64,000 bases of DNA from Candidatus Puniceispirillales bacterium (GTDB lineage Bacteria; Pseudomonadota; Alphaproteobacteria; Puniceispirillales; UBA1172). The notes below the pieces were generated by a model. It saw only the letters and a list, made by a program, of their open reading frames with translations, searched no databases and had not been told where the DNA came from. A program made the translations under genes and the position numbers. Of this stretch, positions 52,653 through 64,000 are shown one piece after another; position 1 is the first letter of the stretch; each line of letters starts with the position of its first letter. The DNA is taken from the NCBI GenBank assembly GCA_965659785.1, contig CBFHXL010000003.1, positions 27,203 to 91,202 of the forward strand, in the 5' to 3' direction.

Positions 52653-54090
52653 ATACCACGAAAGGAACCGTGGCTTGCACCGTCTCTCTTAAAAAGGACA
52701 GCACAAAGACAAAGCCCATCATTAGCCCGGCTGAGGTCAAGGCAATCAGAGTATTGCTGCGCGGAATATTTTGATCAATGGGTTGCGCCTCATCATCAAC
52801 ATACATGACCTTTACGATACGAATATAATAAAACGCCCCGATCACGGATGCCAGAACCCCGACCACCGCCAAGACAACTTGCCCAGATGCAATCGCCGCA
52901 GAAAACACATACCACTTGCCAAAAAATCCGCCTAACGGCGGTATCCCCGCCATAGAGAACATCAACACCATCATCGCCAGCGCATAAACCGGATGCGAGC
53001 GAGACATTCCTGCCATATCTTCAATCTTGGTGACAGCCCGCCCTTCGCGCTTAAGGGAAAGGATTAGGGCAAATACCCCGATAGAGGAAATGACATAAAT
53101 CACCATATAAACCATGACAGCGCTAATACCACTGGAAATACCTGAGGCAATACCAACCAGCGCATAACCCATATGGGCAATAGACGAATACGCCATCAGA
53201 CGCTTGATATCCGTCTGCATAATCGCACCGGCAGGCCCAATAAACATCGACAATATGGCAATAATAACAATCACCTGTTGCCAGCTATCACTGACATCAC
53301 CAAGCACCCCATAAGTAAAGCGAATGAATAATGCCATCGCCGCCAGTTTAGGGACGACAGCAAAAAATGCCGTGATTATCGTGGGCGAGCCTTCATAAAC
53401 ATCTGGCGTCCACATATGAAACGGCGCTGCTGAAATCTTAAACGCCAGACCAGAAATCATAAACACCATCCCGATCACTGCCCCGGGATGAATTCCAGCC
53501 TCAAGCGCCAGTTTAATCCCGTCATAACTGGTATGGCCTGTGAAGCCGTAAAGCAAAGACGCGCCATATAACAACAGCCCAGACGAAAGCGCACCTAGCA
53601 GAAAATATTTCAACCCTGCTTCAGATGAGCGCACCGATTCCCGGCGAATAGCGGCAATCACATAAAGCGGCAAGGATTGTAATTCCAGCCCCATATAAAG
53701 CACAATCAGATCATTCGCCGACACCATTAACATCATGCCCAGCACAGACAGCAAAATCAGTAACGGCAATTCAGGCCGATCAATATTCTCACCCTGAAAC
53801 TCACGCTTAGACATCAATAAGATACCGATTGCCCCAAGCAGGATAAGAACCTTCATATAGACCATGAAAGGTGACGTGAAAAACTGACCGTTAAAGGCAT
53901 AAGATGGCACGAAACCGTTATGGTAACACATCCATACCGCCAGAAGCATTGTCACAATAGTCAAGCGGCGGACAATTTTAGCGGCAATCACCTCAGGCTG
54001 GATAAAGGCTGACGCTAGCACCAAGCCTAGGGCGACCAGAGCAATGAAGATTTCTGCGGTAGCCGGCTGTAAATTAAGCAAATCCATCAT
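52639..54090 (-). CDS. nuoN: NADH-quinone oxidoreductase subunit N
   Basis: 483-aa antiporter-like polytopic protein, last gene of the nuo cluster. Confidence 0.92.
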   Translation of the reverse strand: MMDLLNLQPATAEIFIALVALGLVLASAFIQPEVIAAKIVRRLTIVTMLLAVWMCYHNGFVPSYAFNGQFFTSPFMVYMKVLILLGAIGILLMSKREFQGENIDRPELPLLILLSVLGMMLMVSANDLIVLYMGLELQSLPLYVIAAIRRESVRSSEAGLKYFLLGALSSGLLLYGASLLYGFTGHTSYDGIKLALEAGIHPGAVIGMVFMISGLAFKISAAPFHMWTPDVYEGSPTIITAFFAVVPKLAAMALFIRFTYGVLGDVSDSWQQVIVIIAILSMFIGPAGAIMQTDIKRLMAYSSIAHMGYALVGIASGISSGISAVMVYMVIYVISSIGVFALILSLKREGRAVTKIEDMAGMSRSHPVYALAMMVLMFSMAGIPPLGGFFGKWYVFSAAIASGQVVLAVVGVLASVIGAFYYIRIVKVMYVDDEAQPIDQNIPRSNTLIALTSAGLMMGFVFVLSFLRETVQATVPFVVFVAG

Positions 54091-55623
54091 CTATTCTCCA
54101 ATGGTGGTCACGGCTGGCTCAGTCGTGCTAAACGCGTCCAGATTTACAGGTTCAATTTGATCCAGAATGGAGGTAATGGAAACATCCATCAACTCAAATA
54201 TTCCACCGGGGAAAATCCCGTACCAGATGACCAAAATCGTTAGCGGCACAAAGATAAATATCTCGCGGCGGTCCAATGGCTCAAGCGCCAGAACCTCATC
54301 CTTTTCAGCACGCCCAAAAATAACCCGGCGATACAGCCAAAGCATATAGGTAGCGCCTAATATCACCCCGGTAGCCGTAAAGATGGCGACAACAATATTT
54401 GCCTGCCATGCCCCAACCATAACCAGAAACTCACCAACAAATCCAGTCGTCCCCGGTAGTCCAACAGACCCCAACATCATGATCATGAAAAACACAGCAT
54501 AACGCGGCATGGCATCGGCAACACCGCCATAAGCATCAATATCTCTGGTATGAAGCCGATCATACACCACCCCTACCCCAAAGAATAAAGCGGCAGAAAT
54601 GAGACCATGACTAATCATCTGAAACATTGCCCCGGCAATACCTTGAGCGTTAAGGGAAAAAATCCCTACCGTCACAAAGCCCATATGCGCGACCGAAGAA
54701 TAGGCGATCAGCTTTTTCATGTCTTGCTGGGCCAAGGCCACGAGTGAAGTGTAAATAATGGCAATAATAGAAAGCACAAAGATCAATGGCGCAAAACTGA
54801 TAGACGCATCAGGAAACATCGGCAGAGAAAACCGCAAGAACCCATAGCCGCCCATTTTCAACAACACCCCGGCAAGGATCATTGACCCTGCTGTTGGTGC
54901 CTCCACATGAGCATCAGGAAGCCAAGTATGCACAGGCCACATCGGCATCTTTACCGCAAATGATGCGAAAAACGCTAGGAACAGCCAGAATTGCACTGAT
55001 GGATCAAAGGCAAAATTAGCCAGTTGAGGGATATTGGTTGTTCCCGCCATATTATACATAGCCAGAATGGCGACCAGCATCAGCACTGAACCTGCTAGCG
55101 TGTAAAGAAAGAACTTGAACGCAGAATAAACACGCCGAGCGCCACCCCAAATCCCGATAATGATAAACATCGGGATCAACACCGCCTCAAAAAACAGATA
55201 GAACACCACCAGATCAAGCGCCGAAAACGTGCCAATCATCAGCGTTTCTAAAACCAAAAACGCCATCATATATTCGCGAACCCGGTGCTTAACGGAATGC
55301 CAGCTGGCCAAAATCGCAAGAGGCGTTAAAAATGCCGACAAAACAACAAAAGGCATGGATATGCCATCCACCCCCATCATATAGCCAATGCCTTCATCCG
55401 CTAGCCAATCACCGCGGTCAACAAACTGATAGCCATTATAGGTCGGGTCAAAATTCCATAACAACGCAAGCGCAAGCAAAAGTGTGAAACCCGAAACCCA
55501 AAGCGCAACATTGCGTGAGTTCCGTAACACGACTTCATCGTCGCCGCGTATCAGCAACAAGAAGACCACCCCAACCAGAGGCAGAAAGGTTAACACCGTC
55601 AATACAGGCCAAGTCGTTTCCAT
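54091..55623 (-). CDS. nuoM: NADH-quinone oxidoreductase subunit M
   Basis: 510-aa antiporter-like subunit (WLPDAHVEAPTAGS). Confidence 0.93.
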   Translation of the reverse strand: METTWPVLTVLTFLPLVGVVFLLLIRGDDEVVLRNSRNVALWVSGFTLLLALALLWNFDPTYNGYQFVDRGDWLADEGIGYMMGVDGISMPFVVLSAFLTPLAILASWHSVKHRVREYMMAFLVLETLMIGTFSALDLVVFYLFFEAVLIPMFIIIGIWGGARRVYSAFKFFLYTLAGSVLMLVAILAMYNMAGTTNIPQLANFAFDPSVQFWLFLAFFASFAVKMPMWPVHTWLPDAHVEAPTAGSMILAGVLLKMGGYGFLRFSLPMFPDASISFAPLIFVLSIIAIIYTSLVALAQQDMKKLIAYSSVAHMGFVTVGIFSLNAQGIAGAMFQMISHGLISAALFFGVGVVYDRLHTRDIDAYGGVADAMPRYAVFFMIMMLGSVGLPGTTGFVGEFLVMVGAWQANIVVAIFTATGVILGATYMLWLYRRVIFGRAEKDEVLALEPLDRREIFIFVPLTILVIWYGIFPGGIFELMDVSITSILDQIEPVNLDAFSTTEPAVTTIGE

Positions 55624-55641
55624 GTGATTTTCTCCTCTGAC

Positions 55642-57567
55642 CTATAAAGACCGCAAATACCACGCGAGCAGGACAATAACCCCGATCAGCATGGCAAAGG
55701 CATAGTGGAAGACATATCCGGATTGTAACCGACTACAAAAATGCGAGAAACGCCCAACCATGGCACTAATCCCGTCAGGCCCAAACCCATCAATAGTGGC
55801 CTTATCGCCTCTGATCCAGAAAAAGCGCCCAATCTCAACTGCCGGACGAACAAATACCGCGTCATAAATCTCATCAAAATACCATTTGCGATAAAACAGC
55901 TGATGCACAGGTCTAAACATTCTGGCCACGTTATCCGCCACCGATGGCACCATGGCATAGATCACAATGGCAAGCCCAATGCCGCCAGCGCTGACATATA
56001 GGGGCATTAACTTCACCCATTTTGGAACATGATGCGCATCTTCCATAATGGTATTATCCGGCTGAATAAAGATCGCATGACCCCAGAAATCATACCAATG
56101 GTGGCCAACAAATAAATCATAAAACACCCACCCCGAAAGCACCGCACCAATGGCAAGAATGAATAAGGGGATGGTCATGACTAATGGGCTTTCATGAACA
56201 TGGGCAAAGACCTCATCGCTAGCACGGGTTTTGCCGTGAAAGGTCATCATCAGCAACCGCCATGAATAGAACGCCGTCAAAAATGCTGCCACAATGCCGA
56301 GATACCAGGCAAAGTTACCAACGGCGGTATGAGCGCCCCATGCCGCCTCAAGGATCATATCTTTAGAATAATATCCAGCAAAGAACGGTACCCCGGCCAA
56401 AGCCAATGAGCCAATCCACATCATGACATAGGTAAAGGGGATTTTATACCAGATGCCGCCCATATTGCGCATATCTTGTTCATCGGACATAGCGTGGATT
56501 ACCGACCCTGCCCCAAGGAACAACAGTGCCTTAAAAAAGGCGTGCGTGGTCAGGTGGAACATGGCGGCAGGATAAGCAGATACGCCAGCGGCAAAAAACA
56601 TATAGCCCAACTGTGAGCAAGTGGAATACGCAATAACGCGCTTAATATCAAACTGCGTCATGCCAATCGTCGCCGCAAAGATCGCTGTCAACGCCCCAAC
56701 AATGGTAATGATATCCCGTGTTAAAGGTGCAAATTCCAGTAATGGTGACAACCGACAAACCAAAAAGACCCCAGCCGTTACCATGGTCGCCGCGTGGATC
56801 AATGCTGATACCGGGGTCGGGCCTTCCATCGCGTCAGGAAGCCAAGTGTGAAGCCCTAACTGGGCTGATTTCCCCATCGCGCCAATAAACAGAAGAATCC
56901 CGGCAACCTCTAATGCTGGTAAGGCTTGCCCAAAGATAACAATATGGCTTTCCACCAAGGATGGCACAGCTTGAAAAACATGATCAAGCTGAACCGAGCC
57001 GGTGAGATGAAAGACCGCAAAAATCCCCAAGGCGAATCCGAAATCACCAACACGATTAACAACAAAGGCCTTCATTGCCGCTTCATGTGCTGATGGCCGT
57101 TGATACCAAAACCCGATCAAAAGATATGAGGCAACCCCCACCCCTTCCCAGCCAAAAAAGAGCTGAACCAGATTGTCAGCAGTCACCAGCATAAGCATGG
57201 CAAAGGTGAATAACCCTAAATACGCCATAAAGCGCGGCTTTGAGGGGTCATGGGACATATAGCCAACAGAATAGATATGAACCATGGCGGAAACCGTTGT
57301 CACAACAATCACCATGACAGCAGTCAGCGCATCATAGCGAAGCGCCCAATCGACATTAAAACTGCCAACATTGATCCAATGTGCCAAAAAGACAGTTTGA
57401 TCAATGCCGGGAATGGCCATTTGAATAAACGCAAACCAGCCCAGCAACATCGACAACACAACACCAGTTAAGCTGAAGACATAGCCTAAATTGTCGCGTT
57501 TCATAAACGCGGCTATTCCGGCACCGATAGCCCCTAGCAAAGGCAGAAAAACAATGGCGCTGATCAT
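55642..57567 (-). CDS. nuoL: NADH-quinone oxidoreductase subunit L
   Basis: 641 aa with WLPDAMEGPTPVSALIHAATMV and the long C-terminal lateral-helix region. Confidence 0.93.
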   Translation of the reverse strand: MISAIVFLPLLGAIGAGIAAFMKRDNLGYVFSLTGVVLSMLLGWFAFIQMAIPGIDQTVFLAHWINVGSFNVDWALRYDALTAVMVIVVTTVSAMVHIYSVGYMSHDPSKPRFMAYLGLFTFAMLMLVTADNLVQLFFGWEGVGVASYLLIGFWYQRPSAHEAAMKAFVVNRVGDFGFALGIFAVFHLTGSVQLDHVFQAVPSLVESHIVIFGQALPALEVAGILLFIGAMGKSAQLGLHTWLPDAMEGPTPVSALIHAATMVTAGVFLVCRLSPLLEFAPLTRDIITIVGALTAIFAATIGMTQFDIKRVIAYSTCSQLGYMFFAAGVSAYPAAMFHLTTHAFFKALLFLGAGSVIHAMSDEQDMRNMGGIWYKIPFTYVMMWIGSLALAGVPFFAGYYSKDMILEAAWGAHTAVGNFAWYLGIVAAFLTAFYSWRLLMMTFHGKTRASDEVFAHVHESPLVMTIPLFILAIGAVLSGWVFYDLFVGHHWYDFWGHAIFIQPDNTIMEDAHHVPKWVKLMPLYVSAGGIGLAIVIYAMVPSVADNVARMFRPVHQLFYRKWYFDEIYDAVFVRPAVEIGRFFWIRGDKATIDGFGPDGISAMVGRFSHFCSRLQSGYVFHYAFAMLIGVIVLLAWYLRSL

Positions 57568-57572
57568 CTGAC

Positions 57573-57884
57573 CTAGCCTTTCATCATATTGATATCCTCA
57601 ACCGCGATACTGCCGCGATTGCGGAAATAAACGACCAGAATGGCCAACCCGATTGCCGCCTCAGCGGCCGCAACCGTGAGAATAAACATGGCAAAAATCT
57701 GCCCCGTGATATGCCCATGAAAGGACGAAAACGCGGCCAAATTGATATTCACCGCCAGCAACATCAATTCAATGCACATCAGGATCGTGATGACATTTTT
57801 ACGATTAAGAAATATTCCAACAGCCCCAAGCGTGAACAGAATGGCGGCAACCATCAGATAATGAAGTAGTGAGATATCTGCCAT
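57573..57884 (-). CDS. nuoK: NADH-quinone oxidoreductase subunit K
   Basis: 103 aa with 3 TM segments, ending in [13 protein letters not shown]. Confidence 0.92.
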   Translation of the reverse strand: MADISLLHYLMVAAILFTLGAVGIFLNRKNVITILMCIELMLLAVNINLAAFSSFHGHITGQIFAMFILTVAAAEAAIGLAILVVYFRNRGSIAVEDINMMKG

Positions 57885-57893
57885 AACTTTCCC

Positions 57894-58532
57894 CTATTGC
57901 AGCTTTTTGTTAGCCGCACGGCTATCGTTAAGAACATCCGGCGCAACATGGCTTTCCACCGATACCACCGCAATCGTTTCGTCACGGCGACGACTATTTT
58001 GTTGCGAGATGCTCTGACGCTTTACGCCTTCCCGATGACGCATGGTCAACGCAATAGCACCGATCATGGCAACCAACAGGATCAATCCAGCGATCTGAAA
58101 GTTCAGCAAGTAATCCGTATAAAGCACATCACCAATCATCGCGGTATTGCTTCGGGTTTCTGTGGCTTGCGTAGCCAAAACATTGGCCTGACTGACATCA
58201 TGATTAAACACCAACATCAATTCAACAATCAGCACCAACCCGACAATCAGACCTAAGGGCAAATGTTGTTTGAACCCTTGGCGCATCTCATCAATGTTGA
58301 TATCTAGCATCATCACAACAAACAAGAACAACACCGCAACCGCGCCGACATAAACCACCACTAACAGCATCGCCAGAAACTCTGCCCCTAGCAAAACAAA
58401 CAATCCGGCAGAATTGAAAAAAGATAAGATCAGAAACAGCACCGAATGCACGGGGTTTCGAGAAATGATCACCATCAATCCCGATAACACGGTCATGATG
58501 GCGAAGAGATAGAAAAAGAGAGGTGCGATCAT
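57894..58532 (-). CDS. nuoJ: NADH-quinone oxidoreductase subunit J
   Basis: 212-aa membrane protein between nuoI and nuoK. Confidence 0.9.
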   Translation of the reverse strand: MIAPLFFYLFAIMTVLSGLMVIISRNPVHSVLFLILSFFNSAGLFVLLGAEFLAMLLVVVYVGAVAVLFLFVVMMLDINIDEMRQGFKQHLPLGLIVGLVLIVELMLVFNHDVSQANVLATQATETRSNTAMIGDVLYTDYLLNFQIAGLILLVAMIGAIALTMRHREGVKRQSISQQNSRRRDETIAVVSVESHVAPDVLNDSRAANKKLQ

Positions 58533-58544
58533 GATCTGTTCCCT

Positions 58545-59033
58545 CTAGCGAAAGCGCGCATCAGCGGCAAGGTTGCGTGCAATTTCACCCTCCCAGCGAT
58601 CACCATTAGAAAGCAGCTTTTCTTTATCATAATAAAGCTCTTCTCTGGTTTCAGCGGCGAATTCAAAATTTGGCCCCTCAACAATGGCATCAACCGGGCA
58701 GGCTTCCTGACAAAACCCACAATAAATACATTTCGTCATATCAATATCATAACGCGTTGTGCGGCGGCTTCCATCTGGTCTAGGTTCAGCCTCAATCGTG
58801 ATCGCTTGCGCCGGGCAAATTGCCTCACATAATTTACAGGCAATGCAACGCTCTTCCCCGTTCGGGTAACGGCGTAACGCGTGCTCACCACGGAAACGCG
58901 GTGATAAATAGCCCTTTTCATAAGGATAGTTTAATGTTGCCTTTGGCTTAAAAAAGTATTTCAGCGTTAGGCCAAGCCCTTTCAGAACCTCAATAAGCAG
59001 GAATGAACGGACTGCGGTAACGAATGTTGACAT
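58545..59033 (-). CDS. nuoI: NADH-quinone oxidoreductase subunit I
   Basis: Two 4Fe-4S ferredoxin motifs ([12 protein letters not shown] and [12 protein letters not shown]). I trimmed the start to MSTFVTAV (59033). Confidence 0.93.
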   Translation of the reverse strand: MSTFVTAVRSFLLIEVLKGLGLTLKYFFKPKATLNYPYEKGYLSPRFRGEHALRRYPNGEERCIACKLCEAICPAQAITIEAEPRPDGSRRTTRYDIDMTKCIYCGFCQEACPVDAIVEGPNFEFAAETREELYYDKEKLLSNGDRWEGEIARNLAADARFR

Positions 59034-59050
59034 GATCCTACCTTCCAACG

Positions 59051-60073
59051 CTATTGCGGTAACAGCCCAAAACCGAGCAAGACACCGCCGGTCAGAACCA
59101 CAAAGATGAGGGTAAAGGGCAGAAAGACTTTCCACCCCAAACGCATTAATTGATCATAACGATATCGCGGCGTTGTCGCCCTGATCCAGATAAACACAAA
59201 TAACACCAGTGCAACTTTGAGGATAAACCACACCACACCGGGGATCAGATACAAAACGGGGATATCAAATGGTGGCAACCACCCGCCAAGGAAAAGCGTG
59301 GTGGTCATGCCACTCATCAAAATCATATTGGCGTATTCCCCAAGGAAGAACAGCGCAAAAGACATTGAGGAATATTCAACAAAATAGCCAGCAACCAGTT
59401 CAGATTCCCCTTCAGGCAAATCAAAAGGCGCCCGATTGGTTTCAGCTAAGGTTGAGATGAAAAAGATCACAAACATCGGGAACAGAGGGATACAAAACCA
59501 CATCCCTTTCTGTGCCAACACAATATCAGTTAAGTTAAGTGACCCTGCCGCCATGATCACAGTGATAATCACCAAGCCTAGCGATACTTCATAAGAAATC
59601 ATCTGGGCGGCGGAACGCATCGCCCCTAGAAACGGATATTTGGAATTACTGGCCCAGCCAGCCATGATAACCCCATAAACCCCAAGCGAGGAGATCGCAA
59701 ACAGATAAAGAATGCCAACATTCACATCCGCAATCACCATGCCCTCACCAAAAGGGATCACCGCCCAAGCCACAAGCGACAACACAAAAGTCAGCATGGG
59801 GGCAATGACAAACACGGTCTTTGATGCCCCAGATGGCAAAATGGTTTCCTTTGATAACAGTTTCAGCGCATCTGCAAATGGCTGAAACAAACCAAAGGGG
59901 CCGACTATATTCGGGCCTTTGCGCAGTTGCATAAAGCCAATCACGCGCCTTTCAGCCAGTGTTAAATACGCCACCGCAATCAGCAATGGAACAATGACAG
60001 AAAAGATTTTAACCACAATCCAAGCCAGAGCAATAACCGCAGGGCTGGTCAGAAAATTAACAATCATTTCCAT
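59051..60073 (-). CDS. nuoH: NADH-quinone oxidoreductase subunit H
   Basis: 340 aa with [16 protein letters not shown] and [17 protein letters not shown]. Confidence 0.95.
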   Translation of the reverse strand: MEMIVNFLTSPAVIALAWIVVKIFSVIVPLLIAVAYLTLAERRVIGFMQLRKGPNIVGPFGLFQPFADALKLLSKETILPSGASKTVFVIAPMLTFVLSLVAWAVIPFGEGMVIADVNVGILYLFAISSLGVYGVIMAGWASNSKYPFLGAMRSAAQMISYEVSLGLVIITVIMAAGSLNLTDIVLAQKGMWFCIPLFPMFVIFFISTLAETNRAPFDLPEGESELVAGYFVEYSSMSFALFFLGEYANMILMSGMTTTLFLGGWLPPFDIPVLYLIPGVVWFILKVALVLFVFIWIRATTPRYRYDQLMRLGWKVFLPFTLIFVVLTGGVLLGFGLLPQ

Positions 60074-62151
60074 TATTCTGCCGCCTCTGCCTTATCATTC
60101 ATCTCAAACGCCTTGACGCATTCTGCCATGGTGACTGATGCCCGACTAACAGGACAGGTCATATAGAAACTCACGCCTGAACCGGGGCCAATGGCATGAC
60201 CTATTGGGGCTTTGGTTAGCGCTTGGCGACGACCAATTTTGCCTAATTGTCTTGATTGTGGCTGATCTGATACCGCAAGAGCAGGAACCGCCGCCATCAT
60301 TTCTTGACGCAGTGCTGTCATATCATCAAAGCTAAGGGTGTGCCCGATTGCCGCTGACAACGCACGGATAATCGCCCAGTCTTCGCGCGCATCACCGGGG
60401 GGGAAAGTGACGCGAGATGCGTGTTGCACCCGGCCTTCGGTATTGACATAAATGCCGTCTTTTTCGCTCCACGCCGCGCCTGGCAGAACAACATCAGCCT
60501 GCGCCGCCCCGCGATCCCCATGACTGCCTTGATAAATAACAAAGCTTTTGTTAGCGCGTTGGCTTAGATCAATCGAATCAGCGCCCAGATTATAGCACAG
60601 TTTAATCGTGCCTTTTTCTAAACCCGAAACGATATCCTGTGCCGACTTGCCGCCTTTACCGGGCAGAAAATTAAGCATCAACCCAGCAACCCTAGCCGCG
60701 GCGGTATGCAATACATTAAAGCCATTCCAGTCTTTCTTGACCAGATCAACCTGTTTTGCCAACTGCCCCACCACATCAAGCAGACCCATGCTGTCTTTGC
60801 GGCGAAGCGCCGCCTGACCTAAAATCAACATAGGCCGCTTGGCGCGTTTAAGCGCAGTCACCACTGGCCCACCTTTTTCAACAAGCTTTTCAAGCAGGCT
60901 GGCATCATCGCCAAGTTCAGTCACGGGATAGGTTAAATCCACCTCAGCCCCAAGCCGGAAAATCTTAACATCACGGTTAATATAATTCTGGCGGATACGG
61001 GCATTCAACACAGCGGCTTCATGGCGAGGATTAGCCCCAATCAGAAAGATCACATCAGCCTCATCAATGCCAGCAATGCCAGAATTAAAGAGATAACTTC
61101 CCTCACCTTGCTGACCAATCACTGAACCATCCTGACGGCAATCTTTATGAGGTGAGCCCAGTTTATCCATCAGTTGTGACAGGGCAAACATCGATTCCGC
61201 ATCACAGAGATCACCTGCTATCGCGGCAATTTCCTCTGGCTTGGCCTTGCCTACCGCTTTTTTAATTGCGGTGAACACCTCATCCCATGTCGCTTCTTCC
61301 AACCTGCCCTTGGCATTGCGAAGATAAGGACGATCAAGTCGCTGTGTTCGCAGACCATCAATCGCATGACGGGTTTTGTCTGAAATCCATTCTTCGTTCA
61401 CATCATCATTATTGCGCGGCAGAACACGCATGACCTGATTGCCGCGGCTATCAACGCGGATATGGCTACCTAGGGCATCCATCACATCGATGCTAGAGGT
61501 ATGGCTCAATTCCCATGACCGCGCCTGAAACGCATAGGGCCGGCTAGTCAGCGCACCAACAGGGCAAAGATCGACAACATTACCTGATAACTCTGAGGCT
61601 AGCGCCTTTTCCAGATAGGTCGTGATTTCCATGGACTCGCCGCGACCAATCGCGCCTAATTCGGGAACGCCAGCCACCTCGGTGGCAAACCGAACACAGC
61701 GCGTGCAATGAATACAGCGTGTCATAATCGTGGAAATAAGTGGCCCCATGTTTTTGTTTTCAACCGCGCGTTTAGGCTCTTGATAGCGGCTATCTGCCAT
61801 GCCATAGCCCATGGCCTGATCCTGCAAATCACATTCGCCGCCCTGATCACAAATCGGGCAATCCAGCGGGTGATTGATCAGCATAAACTCCATCACGCCT
61901 TCTCGCGCCTTTTTCACCAACGGGGTGTCTGTTTTGATTACCATCCCGTTGCCTGCAGGCATGGCGCATGAAGCCACAGGTTTTGGTGAGCGTTCCATTT
62001 CCACAAGGCACATCCGGCAGTTACCAGCAATGGAAAGGCGTTCATGATAGCAAAACCGCGGCACTTCTTTGCCTGCCGCCTCACACGCTTGCAGGACGCT
62101 CGTGCCTTCTTCAACCTCAACCTCAATGCCATCAATGGTAAGTGTAATCAT
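60073..62151 (-). CDS. nuoG: NADH-quinone oxidoreductase subunit G
   Basis: The N-terminus has 2Fe-2S and 4Fe-4S cysteine clusters ([15 protein letters not shown]; [10 protein letters not shown]; [10 protein letters not shown]). I trimmed the start to MITLTIDG (62151). Confidence 0.95.
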   Translation of the reverse strand: MITLTIDGIEVEVEEGTSVLQACEAAGKEVPRFCYHERLSIAGNCRMCLVEMERSPKPVASCAMPAGNGMVIKTDTPLVKKAREGVMEFMLINHPLDCPICDQGGECDLQDQAMGYGMADSRYQEPKRAVENKNMGPLISTIMTRCIHCTRCVRFATEVAGVPELGAIGRGESMEITTYLEKALASELSGNVVDLCPVGALTSRPYAFQARSWELSHTSSIDVMDALGSHIRVDSRGNQVMRVLPRNNDDVNEEWISDKTRHAIDGLRTQRLDRPYLRNAKGRLEEATWDEVFTAIKKAVGKAKPEEIAAIAGDLCDAESMFALSQLMDKLGSPHKDCRQDGSVIGQQGEGSYLFNSGIAGIDEADVIFLIGANPRHEAAVLNARIRQNYINRDVKIFRLGAEVDLTYPVTELGDDASLLEKLVEKGGPVVTALKRAKRPMLILGQAALRRKDSMGLLDVVGQLAKQVDLVKKDWNGFNVLHTAAARVAGLMLNFLPGKGGKSAQDIVSGLEKGTIKLCYNLGADSIDLSQRANKSFVIYQGSHGDRGAAQADVVLPGAAWSEKDGIYVNTEGRVQHASRVTFPPGDAREDWAIIRALSAAIGHTLSFDDMTALRQEMMAAVPALAVSDQPQSRQLGKIGRRQALTKAPIGHAIGPGSGVSFYMTCPVSRASVTMAECVKAFEMNDKAEAAE

Positions 62152-62161
62152 GAGAGGCTTC

Positions 62162-63445
62162 CTATTCCGCGACTGCTGCTGCACGCCAAGCGGTAATCCG
62201 CTTTTCAATTTCTGGACGGAAGTGGCGGATCAACCCCTGAATAGGCCAAGCCGCCGCATCACCAAGGGCGCAGATGGTATGCCCTTCAACCTGTTTGGTG
62301 ACATCGTGAAGCGTATCAATTTCTGAGATATCCGCATCCCCTTTCACCAACCGTTCCATCATGCGATACATCCAGCCTGTTCCCTCACGGCAAGGCGTAC
62401 ACTGGCCGCAAGATTCGTGCTTATAGAAATAAGAAATCCGGGCAATCGCCTTAATGATATCCGTAGACTTATCCATGACAATAATTCCAGCTGTCCCAAG
62501 ACCCGTTTGCGCTGCCTTGAGGCTGTCAAAATCCATCAGAACCGTGTCGCAAATATCTTTGGGAATCATAGGGGTGGATGACCCCCCTGGAATAACCGCC
62601 AGCAAGTTATCCCAACCGCCGCGAATACCGCCAGCGTGCTTTTCAATCAATTCCTTCAGGGGAATGCCCATTTCTTCTTCGACATTACAGGGGTTGTTCA
62701 CATGACCCGAAATGCAGAACAGCTTTGATCCAGTGTTGCCTTCACGACCGAGGCCAGCAAACCAGTCTGCCCCGCGCCGTAAGATAGTTGGCACAACCGC
62801 AATGGTTTCGACATTATTGACAGTTGTGGGACACCCATAAAGACCTGCCCCTGCCGGAAACGGAGGTTTAAGTCTAGGCTGACCCTTTTTTCCTTCAAGC
62901 GATTCAATCAACGCCGTTTCTTCACCACAAATGTAAGCCCCTGCCCCGCGATGCAAATAGAGATCAAAATCCCAACCTGATTTAGCGGCGTTTTTACCAA
63001 GCAATCCTGCTTCATATGCCTCATCAATAGCGCGTTGTAACGCTTTGGCTTCATTGACAAATTCGCCCCTGATATAAATATATCCTGCATGGGCGCGCAT
63101 GGCAAAGCCAGCAATCAAACAACCTTCAACCAGCTTATGTGGTTCATGCCTGATGATATCCCGATCTTTGCAAGTTCCGGGTTCAGATTCGTCAGCATTA
63201 ACGACCAAATAATGCGGCCTGTCTTTGACCTCTTTAGGCATGAATGACCATTTCAGACCAGTAGGAAAACCAGCACCGCCACGACCACGAAGACCTGAGG
63301 CCTTGACGCGTTCAATTACTTCATCATGACCTAGTTTGATTAAGGCTTTGGTGTTATGCCAATCACCGCGCGCTTTCGCGCTAGAGAGGTCCGCCCCCTG
63401 CCAGCCATAGATATTGGTAAAAATCCGATCTTTATCATTAAGCAT
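62162..63445 (-). CDS. nuoF: NADH-quinone oxidoreductase subunit F
   Basis: [13 protein letters not shown] (FMN/NADH site) and [12 protein letters not shown] (N3 cluster). I trimmed the start to MLNDKDRIF (63445). Confidence 0.95.
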   Translation of the reverse strand: MLNDKDRIFTNIYGWQGADLSSAKARGDWHNTKALIKLGHDEVIERVKASGLRGRGGAGFPTGLKWSFMPKEVKDRPHYLVVNADESEPGTCKDRDIIRHEPHKLVEGCLIAGFAMRAHAGYIYIRGEFVNEAKALQRAIDEAYEAGLLGKNAAKSGWDFDLYLHRGAGAYICGEETALIESLEGKKGQPRLKPPFPAGAGLYGCPTTVNNVETIAVVPTILRRGADWFAGLGREGNTGSKLFCISGHVNNPCNVEEEMGIPLKELIEKHAGGIRGGWDNLLAVIPGGSSTPMIPKDICDTVLMDFDSLKAAQTGLGTAGIIVMDKSTDIIKAIARISYFYKHESCGQCTPCREGTGWMYRMMERLVKGDADISEIDTLHDVTKQVEGHTICALGDAAAWPIQGLIRHFRPEIEKRITAWRAAAVAE

Positions 63446-64000
63446 GATCGTCCCCTTTATCTTTTTTGGCACCCGGAAATGGCACAATTTTAGTTAAACT
63501 CGTTGGCGCAGGTTCAGGTTGTGATCCTTGGCGCCCACGCACCGACCCTGCCGCAGGCACATCATCAACCGCTAAACGGTCAATCAGATCAGACGTCGCC
63601 ATATAATCAAGGTCTTCATAATAATCATCATTGATCTGAACCATAGGGGCGTTAACACAAGCCCCTAGACATTCAACCTCAAGCAAAGAAAACTTCCCGC
63701 AAGCGCTAGTCTCACCTGAACTGATGCCGAGCTTATCCTTAATGCACCGCATCACATCATCACTGCCACGAAGCCAGCAAGGCGTTGTTCCGCAAGCCTG
63801 AATGAAATACTTGCCGACTGGCTTTAGATTGAACATGGTGTAAAAGGTGGCCACCTCAAGAACGCGGATTTCTGCCATGTCACAAATCTCAGCCACCGCC
63901 TCAATCGCCTTCATCGGCAACCAGTTGTCATGCTGACGCTGGGCCAAATCCAGTAATGGCAGAACAGCACTGTTTTTGCGCTCTTTGGGATATTTCGCCA
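63438..64000 (-). CDS. nuoE: NADH-quinone oxidoreductase subunit E, 5' end beyond the window
   Basis: Contains [10 protein letters not shown]...CLGACVNAP 2Fe-2S ligands. The reading frame stays open to base 64000 (…[25 protein letters not shown]…). The track start at 63947 is therefore an internal TTG, not the real start. Confidence 0.9.
   Translation of the reverse strand, partial: AKYPKERKNSAVLPLLDLAQRQHDNWLPMKAIEAVAEICDMAEIRVLEVATFYTMFNLKPVGKYFIQACGTTPCWLRGSDDVMRCIKDKLGISSGETSACGKFSLLEVECLGACVNAPMVQINDDYYEDLDYMATSDLIDRLAVDDVPAAGSVRGRQGSQPEPAPTSLTKIVPFPGAKKDKGDDHA

Overview
This is a gene-dense segment, almost entirely coding, that looks like core chromosome of an alphaproteobacterium with moderate GC. 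The evidence for that placement is synteny. It has dusB(nifR3)-ntrB, a pyruvate dehydrogenase cluster whose E1-beta carries an N-terminal lipoyl domain, ftsB-eno, bamE / Cbp3-like / yceD-plsX-fabH-ihfA-merR, nrdR-ribD-ribE-ribBA-nusB, and nuoE..N-birA-coaX-rnj-mce.

Content in window order:
- ntrB (partial), dusB, ispDF, pgpA, cinA-like, SRPBCC, lipA, lpdA, pdhC/B/A, ftsB, eno, kdsA, pyrG, secG and tpiA.
- ppiD-like, trpE, a secreted SPOR-like protein and two membrane proteins.
- A five-gene Liv-type branched-chain amino-acid ABC operon.
- A GGT-family protein, a 1-Cys peroxiredoxin, tRNA-Leu(UAG), DUF952, mmsB, glcG-like, DUF3429, an EamA transporter and tRNA-Pro(GGG).
- An M20 amidohydrolase, the lipid and IHF cluster, the H+-pyrophosphatase, the riboflavin/nusB cluster, glyA, rpiB, DUF1467, mce, RNase J, coaX, birA, and nuoN back to nuoE (partial).

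I found no CRISPR array, IS element, integrase, prophage or recognisable defence or toxin system. I do not see a convincing new multi-gene system.

The items most worth a second look are:
1. A LivF-type ABC ATPase with a ~155-aa histone-H1-like Lys/Ala/Val/Pro repeat extension, apparently translated and recently expanded.
2. A RibBA-like protein in which both the DHBP-synthase and the GTP-cyclohydrolase-II catalytic motifs are substituted. It is coupled directly to nusB at a locus lacking ribH.
3. A single in-frame amber codon splitting the Liv substrate-binding protein gene.
4. A ~350-bp unexplained non-coding tract next to tRNA-Pro.

All calls rest on my reading of the translations and sequence. 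No database search was run.
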